DNA of 64,000 nt from Azolla caroliniana (lineage: Eukaryota > Plantae > Polypodiophyta). The notes below the pieces were generated by a model. That model was not told the origin of the DNA and did not search any database. It worked only from the letters and a program-made list of their open reading frames with translations. Position 1 is the stretch's first letter. Each line of letters starts with the position of its first letter. The position numbers were made by a program, and so were the translations under genes. Where the stretch lies: contig JBHGNT010000011.1 in the NCBI GenBank assembly GCA_043228905.1, positions 20,956,001-21,020,000 of the forward strand. Direction: 5' to 3'. Below are positions 49,555 through 61,700 of the stretch, piece after piece.

Positions 49555-52500
49555 ATGGATGAAGCCAATATTTCTTCTACAATCTCTCAATTCAGCATTT
49601 GTTGCAATAATTCCATTGAGAACCCCGTTTCCTTGCCCAATGATTATATAGTCTACCAGAGACTCAGTTCCAACCTCGAAACCTTAATTAATCCTTGCAC
49701 TAACAATGACATATTCAGTGATGTAATTGTATGTGTATCGGGTCGATCTTTGCCACTTCATCGGAGCATCTTGGCTGCTCGGTCACCTTTTTTTATGTCT
49801 TTGTTCTCTTCTAAAGGCTTCATCGAATTGGCATCATCCACACCTATATCGAATTCGAATGTGGAATTGACAAGGCCAAAATTAGACTTGGCTTGCATCC
49901 TTAACACTTTCTCTCATCAGAATATTATTGGCAATGTAGGATTTGATGCTTTTTTCGCCATTATCGGATTTTTGTATTGTGGAAAACAATCTATTCCGGA
50001 AGTCAAATGCATCGATGAACAATGCTTACATGAAGCATGTGGGCCGAAAGTTAAGTTTGCTATAGAGATGCTTCATCTTTCATCGGTTTTTGACGTCCCA
50101 GAATTGAAGGACTACTGGAAGGTATGCAAGTATATTATATGACATCATAGAAACACATTTTTTTGTGATTGTTTTGTCTTTAGCTTGATATTATTACAAA
50201 TAAATATACAATAGGATGATGTAGAAGTTTATAACAATGGAGATCTACCCCTTAATGATGAGTGGAAAGTTAGAGATCTATCATGCAAAAGGTTCATAGC
50301 ATTTTGATGCTCTTCCTCAATTACCTTCCTCGCAATGGAGTGTTTAGTCAAGTGTTCTAGAGATTGAGATTGATGGTGTTCTCATCCTTCTCCTAGCAGT
50401 TACCGAAATTCCTTATCAGAAGGTTCTTGTGGGAAGCACCTTGCTCTATAACAATCGTTGTAAGCGCAAAATCACTACATGCAAAATTCTTGTTCCTACC
50501 CATAGTCTCCATGGACTTGGATGGGTCAGGGATGTGGGGAACATACCTCAGCAGGTACTTTGGAGGTAGTGTGAAGATGCTATAGAGAAAATGCAAAGAA
50601 TATTTCCTAATATCTACATCAGCAACTAGGTGGTTTAAGTTTCATTTATCGAGAATGTGGAAACTCTGGATCTAGCATGTATAACATATGCAGCCGCACG
50701 CAAACGAGAGAGACATAAGAGTCCCTCTTGAATGCATGCACAGAGCCAAAATGAATACACTGTTCATGTCTATACAGACAGAAATTACTAGTGTCTCTAT
50801 CATATTTTCTGTTGTATGATACATATTTTATGGTTTTTTCATCACATCAATGGATATCATCGATGCGTTTCACATCATCCCAAATTTGTATCATCGTCAA
50901 CCCATCGTACTTTTTACAATCTACATTTAGCTGTAGAAACCAATAATATTAAAGGCCTTATCAAGTTATGCTTCCTTCCACGGCTCACCATCAAGAAGTT
51001 GTAAGAAGATCTTGTCTCATATGCACTTCAGCCAGGGATATTTAGTGGTCTTTTATACAAGACAGTAGCACATGGATGCCAGCTCAATGTGCGATTTATA
51101 CTCTGTAATGGATTTATGCTGATGGATTTATAATGATGATGTCCACTCCATTCCATTTATCGCATCAAATTTATGGCTTTTGATTAGTTTGGTTAAGGTT
51201 TTGACCTACTCCATTATGTTGAATTCTTTGCAGCATTATCTTCAGAATATGGTAGGGAAGGCAGAAATAGATGATGTTGTTTCTGTTCTTCTCACAGCAA
51301 GACAGCACAAAGTAGCTCCCCTGTTGAGCTTAACTAAGCAGATGATTGCAGCCTCGAACATGGGCATCATTGATTTGCAGAAGCAACTTCCAGCTGAACT
51401 GGCTGATGACATTCTCGCCTCTCGGTCTAAGCTGCAACCTGAGGCAATAAATCCTACAAAAGATAAGGAATGCCAGAGAATTAGGAAAGCATTGGATTCA
51501 GATGACATTGAATTAGTACAGCTTCTCCTGAAAGAAGGTAGAGCAACCTTGGATGAGGCATATGCATTGCATTATGCAACTGCATATTGTGATCCACGTA
51601 CAGTGAAGGACGTGTTAGAGATTGGGCTTGCCGATATAAATCTCAGGAATGATCGTGGATTCTCTGTGCTACATGTTGCAGCCATGCGCCGTGATCCGTT
51701 CATTTTAGTCGCTCTTCTTTCCAAAGGAGCTAATCCTTTTGGAACAACACCAGATGGGCGTACTGCACTTCAGTTATGCTCAAGGTTGACAAGAAGGTAT
51801 AACGATGAGTCAAACATGGCAGATGCAGAACTGCAGAAGGAATGCCTTTCAGTGGAGATTCTCCATCAAGCCGGGATGAAGAACTTATTTGAAGATGAAG
51901 CATTCCCGCCCGCTGAAAATGAAAAGGATTTGTACAATAGATTGCTTTATCTCGAAAATAGGGGCAAGTATCTTCTTCTTTTTGGCTTACCACAACCATG
52001 TATAGGGTTTATGCCATTTTTAGCTTTATTTTCATCATTCTCCAACCTATTTTTATATCATATTTTCTTTTTCTTTCGCACTGCAAGTTTTAAATTCATA
52101 ACAATATATTTCTTCACTGTGAGTTTTTTTTTACTGTCTTATTCGAAAGGATTCACTCTCAATTTTGTGCCAAATTGAGATGGAATGGGAACTAGTATTC
52201 TTATACTAATGACATTTCTCCCTTTTTTTGGAGAAAGATTTTGTCAACAAATTTCATCTAGATGCATATGAAATGGAAATAACAGAAATGTCTGCTGTTC
52301 CCCAGCCCACAAACAACATTTCTGGTAATCATGGCAAACATTTCGAAAGATTGTATATTATATATCTCAGGAATTTGAGCCACACAAAATACCTATAACT
52401 TGAACCTAACTTCTTTCAGAGTCTGCACAATACTCCTCAGGGCCTGCATATAAACATTCAACATATCATCAAGTGCCCTTATGGAACCATTGTGCCTTGC

Positions 52501-55500
52501 AATTTTTTTCAGAGATGTGGATAATTTTTTATATTGAAAAGTTAATTTGCACACAAAGATAGTGCTTCTGCTCAGAGTATATAATCTTTATGTACAGTAG
52601 TGAGAGGAACCAAAAATGGCTGTAGAATTCCCACCTAATTTATCCCATACGGAAAATGTCGGAACTGCACCATAATGTGCTCATTGTCCAAATTAGTGCT
52701 TCTTTGTTTGCATATTTTATGAGAATGTATGGAGGAGTTGAACTCCAGACCTTCTTCTCGAGTAATAACAATTAGGAAACATGTATGATCCTTCTTAGTC
52801 TTTTCTTTTAACAAGTTGTCAATTGATGTTGGAACCTGGGCTATTTTTACATGAAGATACTTTTTGGGTGAAGCATGCACATAAATCTGTGAGTTACTGA
52901 CTGTTTTTTGTACCAACCCTTTTCAGTATTGGAAGGAATGTGTCTTCATATTTTGATGGGAATATAGAATTGAATTACGTAAAATCACTGTGTGGGTCTG
53001 CATCCTCAGATCAGACTTTGAAGGAGTCACCACCTTTCCCATTAGATCTTACTTTACAGGACTTTCAAGTATTGGATGGAATGTGTCTTCATATTTTGAT
53101 GGGAACATTGAATTATGTAAAATCTGTAGGTCTGCATCCTCAGATCAGACTTTCAAGGAGTCACCCTCTTTCCCATTAGACCTTACTTTACAGGTTCTGT
53201 GACAATTTGAATTTTTTTCCCTATCAAGGAATTACTAGCTTACCTGGGGTGCTGTATGCATTTATGCTCGGACCGGAGGTGTTACGGATTGTTAGATGAT
53301 GTGTCACTTATCCAAAATATCCCTTTATGGAAGGTTAAAGTTGTCGCGGTACTTTCCAAAATGTCAGTATCTGGAATGTTTCTTAATGTTATAGTGCTTG
53401 TGGTTTTGGCTTGAACAATATTAATTGAATCTTGGATCAGTTTTTCTACCTTTCATATGCATGAAATTCTTGCTTTGTTTAATACTTGTCATTCTCGATC
53501 ACTGTCTCAAGCATATGCTGTTAAGCCTTCTTGCTTAGACACAATTTCCTGGCCTAAAATATCTGTTGAGCCTTCTCAGCTAGATACCCACTGCATATGG
53601 CCTCTCAGGCACATGCTGTCAAAACTTCTCACACCATATACATGTTCTTTTACTTTGCTATCTAGTAACATGAGCACTTGGTACCTGTTATTTTCTGTAA
53701 TTTAATTTTTATGGAAGCTTATGAAAATTTCTTCCTGCATGCAGTGGCAGTTGCACGGTTGCTTTTTCCGCAAGAAGTAAAACTGGTCACAGGAATTTCA
53801 CATTTGGAGTCTACCTCAGAGTTTACGGGGTCTGTGGTCTCTCACGCTGACATGCTGAAAGAGGGCAAAGTGGATCTAAATAAAACTCCTGCTAATATCC
53901 CTGTGATGAACGAGTCTCTTCTGAAGAGAGTTGAAGCTCTCCGGAGGACTGGTAATTTTTTATTTGATCTATTTAAACCAGCTTCTCTATCTAAATCATT
54001 TTCACTTGCTGAATCAAACTCTCTATAAATGAATTGGTGGGTGTTAGAGTGAGGGAGCGAGAGAGGAAATGAAAGTGATGTGATGTGATCTCAACATTGA
54101 CAAAAATGATTTATGAGAGCAAAAGTATTACCATCATCTGGTAAAGGATACAATAGGTGACTAATAACACAATTGACGTTCCAAGATAAGGTTGTAGTAT
54201 GACTACATACTCATGGTGTAGAGAATATGGGGTCTATAAACATCCATCATTTTCCCCAGTTCAAGGCCTCTTGAAATACACCTGGGAAGATATTGTATAA
54301 ACATCATACTAATCCAATATGTGTGGAAGGGAGGCTGTCTATTATACTAAAACCATGCAATTCAAACTGAGATGTACCTAAACTAGATAGCAAAACTGAG
54401 ATGTACTTAAACTAAAATGGTGTCTTATTCATTAGCACAAGCGGGCATTTCTAGCTCAGTTGGAGAGAGATATGTACCAGTTGCTTATATTTCAAGAGTA
54501 CAAGGATGGATTAACACTAATAGCCACACTCTCTGTCTCCCCATATCACCCTCTAGGATACATGAGGGGGTATGCAACTACTTTGTATGATGTAACTGAG
54601 CAGCCAACTCTACCAGATCCATTAGTGGATTGCCCTTCCCAAGTAATAGGTTGCAATCAGTGTCCTGTGGTCATTATTCTTCCAATTCAAGTTTCTTCAG
54701 TGCAGAGATAACTCAGGAAGCTAGTGACAGATTATGCACAGGGAGGGCATGAGTATATTGTGGACATCTTAACTTGTGGCTATTTTATGCACGTCACACT
54801 GACCATTCTCCATGAAGTAGGAGCCTAGAGACTGAGTCTTCAGAAGGCATATAATTCAAAAGATTTGGAGAGACCTCTAGTCTCGGTGATTACTTGCATG
54901 ATATGGAGCAAAGCATTTGTGCCCCATGGTATAATTCGAGTGGAGATGGGAGCAGTCCCAATAGTCACCGGTGCATTATTCCGATCAGTGATCTGTATCC
55001 AATGACTTTGGGAGCTCCCAAAGCGAAGGTACTGAGTGTTGGAACTTATGTCATCAAAACAACTTGTGGAACATGGTGATAATCATTGTTGGTTGAAACA
55101 CAACATACGAACAATGATTATCTCCGTATTTTGAGTAAAATAAATGCACTACGCTCGTTCCAATATTCCTTGGGTTGTCCCCATCTAAACAATGACCAAA
55201 GTGGAAAAAACAGAGTGATCTGAGCTGATATTACCGAGTTCGGGATTTGAGTCAAATAAATGCACTACGCTCGTTCCAATATACCTTGGGGTGTTCGCAT
55301 CTAAACAATGAGCAAAGTGGAAAAAATAGAGTGATCTGAGCTGATATTACCGAGTTCGGGGTTTGAGTCAAATAAATGCACTACGCTCGGTCCAATATAC
55401 CTTGGGGTGTCCCCATCTAAACCATCATGGAATGGAAAAAATAGAGTGATCTGAGCTGATATTACCGAGTTCGGGGTTTGAGTCAAATAAATGCACTACG

Positions 55501-57277
55501 CTCGTTCCAATATACCTTGGGGTGTCCCCATGTGTTGCATAGTGTGATAGGGCAGTTGTGGAGTTCTTCACATTAGTTAGAGATTGAGGTAGGCAAATAT
55601 ACATCCCACACCTATGGAAGAAAGAATCTGCGAATTGTGCCATCTCGGAGTGGTACTGTACTGTTTTTATTGAAATAAGAGGGAGATATCATTTCCTCTT
55701 TAAGCATGGGTTTGGCCGAGTGTGGAAGGTTATGGAATATGATGGCCAACAATGCTTGGGACTGTTCTTGCTAGAACTCAAAAGACACCGGGGGAAGTTG
55801 TTGAACAACAATTCAACCCCACAAGCTCATCAACAAACCTCAATTACAACTTTCTTTAACTCCATCACTCATGTTACAAGTCAATCAATGGCTACACAAG
55901 ATGTTTCCCGACCAAGACATTGCGACGGCGTTACAATGTAGATCAAGCAATAACAATGACATGAACACATGCCCCAATCTCATGGACCACGGCTTCACTT
56001 CCCTTGTTGTTGATAGATAAAGGCCATTATCTCTCACATCACAGGTGCTTTCCTTGCTTTGGAGATCTCTCTATTCTAGATCAACTATGCTAGAGATCTT
56101 TTGAATGCAAATTACAATCTATCTGACATGAGAATCTTACATTTACAGATAACGTGATTCTTTAGTTATTTTTATTTTTATTTACCTTTTCGATTAGGAA
56201 TGTTTATTCTGGTTTGTTGTACATTTTAAGTACAAACTAAAGCTATTATCGCCTGACATTGAAGATGTTATGGGCATGACCATATAATATCCCGTGGTGA
56301 GAATTTACCGTAGTATTCTATACACGTGGATAAGGGTAAGAATACTACGGTAAATTCTCACCACGGGATATTATATGGTCATGCCCGTAATAGAAGATAT
56401 TGCCCTCTCTTCAGAGACCTCTCCATCTTGGATTGGCCTATGTTAGAGATCTTTCTAAAGCAGAAATTTTAGTTCATCTAAGCTCAGAATGTTAAAGCTT
56501 AAAGAACAAGATTATCTGGTGGCTTGGGCTCTTTTTGTCTCTTCTCAGATATGAAAGAATCTACATAGAAAATAGTTTGTTTTCAGCTCACTTTCTATCT
56601 TTCTTTGTAACATGGGTAGAGAATTGAAAACCTATCAGCTTTATGTATAGATTTGCTAATGCATTTCTTGCTTTTGTGTGAGTCACGACTATTTTACTTT
56701 TATTTTAGTTTGTCTCAAAGATGAGTCAGCGTTTTATCCGTTCTGTGGGGTTTTGTCTCTCATTTAGGTTTCCCATCTGCAATGTAATGTATTACAAAAG
56801 AAATGTATGCATGTATATATAATACTCTGTGCACATGTAACATACAATGTATACATATACATTAAAGATAGATATATTTTTACTGATACATGGGAGACCG
56901 ATATGATCTATGGGACAGGGCTGAGTTCATGGCAAGGATTGAACTCAGGTTCAATCAATTTTATCAACTCAACACACACACACAGAGGCTTTAATTAATT
57001 TTTAACTTGGGAAGTTTTTTTTTCAGTTGTAATAGGTAGGAAGATGTTTCCTCGGGTAACAGCAATGCTAAACAATTTTGTGGAGGATGACTCGTTGGAA
57101 ATTGGTATGGAAATAACTATGGAAAGTGGAGAGGAGCAGACAACCATGGAAAGTGGAGAGGAGCAGACAACCAGAAAGCGGCGTTATCATGAGCTAAAAG
57201 AAGTGCTAGAAGAGGCATTTCGGAAAGATGTTGCTGCAATGGAAAGAAATAAGCCGAGCAGGAAAAAATTGTCATGA
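49555..57277 (+). CDS. NPR1: NPR1-family BTB/POZ-ankyrin protein (salicylic acid receptor homologue)
   Basis: Exons 49555-50121, 51234-51963 (GC donor), 53745-53951 and 57027-57277; 1755 nt, 584 aa. BTB LHRSILAARSPFF, Zn site CIDEQCLHEAC, RIRKALDSDDIELV, ankyrin ALHYATAYC and VLHVAAMR, LENRVAVARLLFP, VDLNKTP, GRKMFPR. Canonical 4-exon NPR layout. Confidence 0.93.
52921..53194. repeat. Intronic tandem duplication, 2 x ~135-140 bp
   Basis: gtattgga.ggaatgtgtcttcatattttgatggg...cttactttacagg occurs twice. Confidence 0.85.
54825..56200 (+). mobile_element. RTE-like LINE 3' fragment with an internal ~122-bp tandem array (55128-55530)
   Basis: LERPLV..VPHGIIRVEMG and LGLFLLELKRHRGKLL match the other RTE copies. 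aaataaatgcactacgctcg recurs at ~55138, 55252, 55370 and 55485. Confidence 0.8.
56268..56390. other. Near-perfect inverted repeat (52-bp arms, 19-nt loop) in NPR intron 3
   Basis: Arms 56268-56319 and 56339-56390 are reverse complements with one T:G mismatch. Confidence 0.9.
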
Positions 57278-58767
57278 AGGAATGTTTGTATATAATACTA
57301 TAGAGCACTCAGCGCAGTAGAGTTGGCAAAAAACCTTCTTCCAACGGTGACTGAAAGGTGAAAAAAGAAGCCTCATCATCATCATCATCTGGTTCCCCAC
57401 ATTCAACCACATAACTTAGAATGGAAGTTTTTCGCATGCACACAAACTTAGATTCTGTTGATGAAAAGATTATGCAAATATTTTGCCAACAATGATTTAG
57501 AGTATAACCCTTGAAACTGTACTTCTTGTAAAGCAATAGGTGCACATAGAGTCAAAGTCAGGAAAGGGAGTATAAATTGTTTGACTTGAAGAGCATAGTG
57601 ATCAAAAGGACTTTAAGCTAGGTTTTGATCCACGTTTGGAAGGGAAATTGGATTCTTGATATTTGTAGAGTATTTCAAGGGCTCTATGTTCCTCTTGACG
57701 TAATGATGCTATTATACACTGTCAAACATATATCAAACGATGTCATTGCTATAATTATGATCATTGTGGTAGAAAGTTGACCAGACATCAGCAAATTGAG
57801 GTAACACTACAATGAAATTTGACAACAGACACAAGGAAATTATTAACGCACTATTTCAACTCTACTCAAAGAAATTATTAACCTCAACTCATGGGTTTGT
57901 GTACGAAGGCCTTTGTTTTGGGACTTAATTCATGAAGGGGCACATATGCTTTGATTGAGCAATTCATTTGGCTCAAATTGGTTATGAAGGCATACATCAG
58001 AGCATGACCCCAGTAGAAAATTGATGTGATACAACAGCCTAGAATAACATTCAAATTCAAACTCACACTTTACCTAGATGTTCAACGATTTATATTGTAA
58101 ATTCCTTCACTTTACTTTACCTGTGATTCCTACTAACATAGGCATAGGTACATTTCATTGAAAGGGGTTGGGCCCATGTAGGTAGAACTAGTAGATGAAT
58201 AAATAGTACTCACCAAAAATACTGCTTATGCATACTCATCTCGCTATTGTTATTTGGTTGTAACCTTGCTTCCCATTGGTTTTAAACTCACACTTCAAAT
58301 CCATGACTGGTACATATAACAATTAACTTTAAACAATAGAAGAATTATTAACTCCAAGCAAAGATTCTAAATATAAGAAATGAAGCAAGATCCCTGTAGA
58401 AAAACCATCTCACTGATAATCACTTCTGGATTTATCTCAATTGTTTACCTTCATATCAACAAAGAATCAATTGGAAAACTACTTTATTAGATAAACAATG
58501 AATTATGACATTCAATGGAATACCATAAAGGTATGAAGAATCAATCAACATCATCTCAATGTTTTGCCTTGATACACAACCTAATGTTTCAAACCAGTGG
58601 AATACCGTTAAACACTGTCTGCTTGGTTAAAGAACCTATGATGTTTTGGAAACCAATGGAACACCATAAAGTATGTTTGAAAAGCATGCGGTCAGTAACT
58701 GCAATGGGGTCATTTGATACACAATTAACCTTTCTAATTCTCTTGTTAACGAAAATCACAAAGGATT

Positions 58768-61700
58768 CTAGCTTGATCTCATTATCTGACTCAAAGTTTC
58801 GCAAATGTCCTCTTTGGTCTTTGGAGAGACAGGAGGGTTTCCAATGTAGATGTCAAAAAATGCTCCTGTATTAAAACAGAATACATGAACAGGTAATAAA
58901 AAGCATCCTAAATGATATATATAACAAACTCGGATCTTGACACTTACTACAAAAGTCATGGCTGTGAATGCTTCCAATCAACTTTCCATCAACTGTTCGA
59001 AACATAAACTTTGCTTAGTATAATTTTAAATTAAAAAAGACCTTTGTATTTTCCATGAAAATCCAATGAAAACTTACTTGAAGTTCTGAATTCACCTCCT
59101 GGCAATCTTTGGAAGTCAATGATTGTACCCTGTATTATAATTGAACGAATTTTTGGTAGAACTCTCTTTGAATGTTGGTGAGCATCAATTCTCTTCCCAA
59201 AAAAAGCTTCAGATGTTTTAAAATACCTGGGGCACTGCCATGTCCTTCGAGAAGTATGAGTTGAAAATATCCAAGCCTTCATCATTTTCTACACCTTTTA
59301 TCTATAGGTACTGTTAATGCGTGGACAAATTTTGCACTATTCCAGAAAACATTGATCATTCATAGAAAGAAAAAATTCTTAAAGTTTCTAACCTTCTTCA
59401 GCCTATTCCTTAGAGACCCATCGAAAGCACTGCAAGGAGATCTCTCTCTCTCTCTCTCTCTCTCTTTGGTAAACCACAAATTATGTTAATTGTATGTAAA
59501 AAACACCATTACAATATTGTTCCCTTCCCTACATAGATTGCAGGACACAATTCAAAGTTGCCACAAAAGTATATATGTCAACTTTCTATGCCTATTTTAG
59601 CCCTTCATTGACTTGTAGCATGAGGAATGATAAAGCTACAGGAAATAGTTATGGCTCTTGTTGATTTATCAGGGTTGTATTGCTGTCCTTTCCTGACTAA
59701 CTGTAAATGTGGATAAAACAAAAATGATGGTAGTGTGAAACATCCAACTTCACCAATACCTTATGGTTACATATAAGGAAGAACATGTACAATTTGTGCA
59801 AAGCTTTAAGAATCTTGATCAAGTTACGATCCTTCATGGACTACCCTTTTAAGTGTTGATAAAACAAAAATGATGGTAGTGCAAACCATCCAACTTCATA
59901 GATGCCCTACGGTTAAATATAAGGGAGAACATCTACAATTTCTCCAAAGCTTTAAGTATCTTGGTATCGATGTACCCTCCACAAATAATGCTTTGAGTCT
60001 AAGCTTCAAGGTGGTATGTTGGAAAATCAATGCAACCAAAATGGGAAGTGAAACTAATCTTATTTAATGCCATGGTAATGCAAGACTTGCTTTATGGAGT
60101 AGAAGTGTGGGGAGGTACAATCCCTCTTAATGCATGGAATATTGAGAAGATTCAAAAGTTTTTAAGGAGGCAAGTGGGAGTTAAATCCACCACCTCCTGC
60201 CAGGGTATGCTCTTGGAAAGAGATGTTTGACCTATAGAGATATTGGCTCTAGAAAGAGCATGTCAATACAATAAAAAGTCAAGAATATGCCAAATCATAA
60301 AGATGTAAACTACAAAAGAATCACAAGAAAAATTCTCTCATATGGTTGGGTAATGGCCATTAGAAAAGGGTTCAAAAGATGGGGTGTGGAATATCTCTTA
60401 GAGCTTTCAAGTGATGCTATGAAATATTTAGTAATGGAACCACTAAGGAAGAAGTGGGAAGAAGATAAAAGGACAAAATTAGAAAATTACATTGCAAACA
60501 TCAATCTTGAATGTTGGATTCAATATAAGGCAAGAAGAGGCCTATTGATCATATTCAATCTTATCCCATTACTAACATGAGTGTTAACTCTCGTAGAGCA
60601 CTGGGCCCTAACACTCCTTCACACTCAATCACAAAAGCTCAGTATTGAAGGTGCATTATGGCATCAAAATCCATAAAATATAAAGGCATATAAGGTATGC
60701 AAGGAATGGCAAGTAAGGGATGAGCATCAAATGCTTTTTACATGCTCCGCATATAGTGCACTTTGTGAGAGCTATGATGACATATTAAGAGGGGGTGATG
60801 ATTGAGTGTCACTCTAAAGAGAACACCTAGAAGGCTGAGCTCATATGTGCATCCCTTATTCACACATCAGGACTTTGTGCTTAAAAGTATGAATATCCTT
60901 TCTTAGGAAGGAGACACATCAAAAAAACTTGTGTACTTAGGATCCATTTGTCAATATTAAAATCTCTCTATATACGCTAAAAAGTATTTAATCTAATCTA
61001 ATCTAACTGATATGAAGAGTTCTTGAATTGGAGATCAACACAATGTTGAGCATGTAGCATAGCATCTGGGATTTTCTGGAAATTCACGAAGCAACAATAG
61101 ATCCACCTTTTATGTGTTCTTCCTTTCTCAAATAAGGGCCAATATGTAATCTGAATGGTGAATTACTCCTGCTGACTGGCTCAAGGTTGCCAATTCTCTC
61201 TATTCTGACTCTAGGATTGAACTGCATCGTTTAGCCAAATAATGCCCAATCACGATTATCCTATACAGTTCGGTAGGTGGCATGGGGGCTCCTCTCTTGA
61301 GGTCGGTATTATTTATGTTCTGTTGAAGGGCAACAAAATGATTTTGGCGCTTTTGGAAAAGAGGCCAAAATGGCCTATAAGAACCAAAGAAGAGATTACA
61401 CATTTGAAGTGTTTTGTATTTCAGAACAACAAATCAAAATAAAATAAATATTACTCAGTAAATATAAAAGTAAATAAGATAAAAACAGACAAAGCATCTG
61501 GTTTTCAGCACATGTGAGATTCTTGAGTTAGATATATTATAACTTTTGTCTTCGAATAGCATAGGTCGATCCAGAATGGAGAGGGAGAAAGGAAGAAAGA
61601 TATATCAACATATTTTAAGATGTGAAAATGGCCTATAAGACTGACTGAAAGATTACATCTTAAAATTTCATCGCATATTTGAGAGCTTTAAACCAAAATA

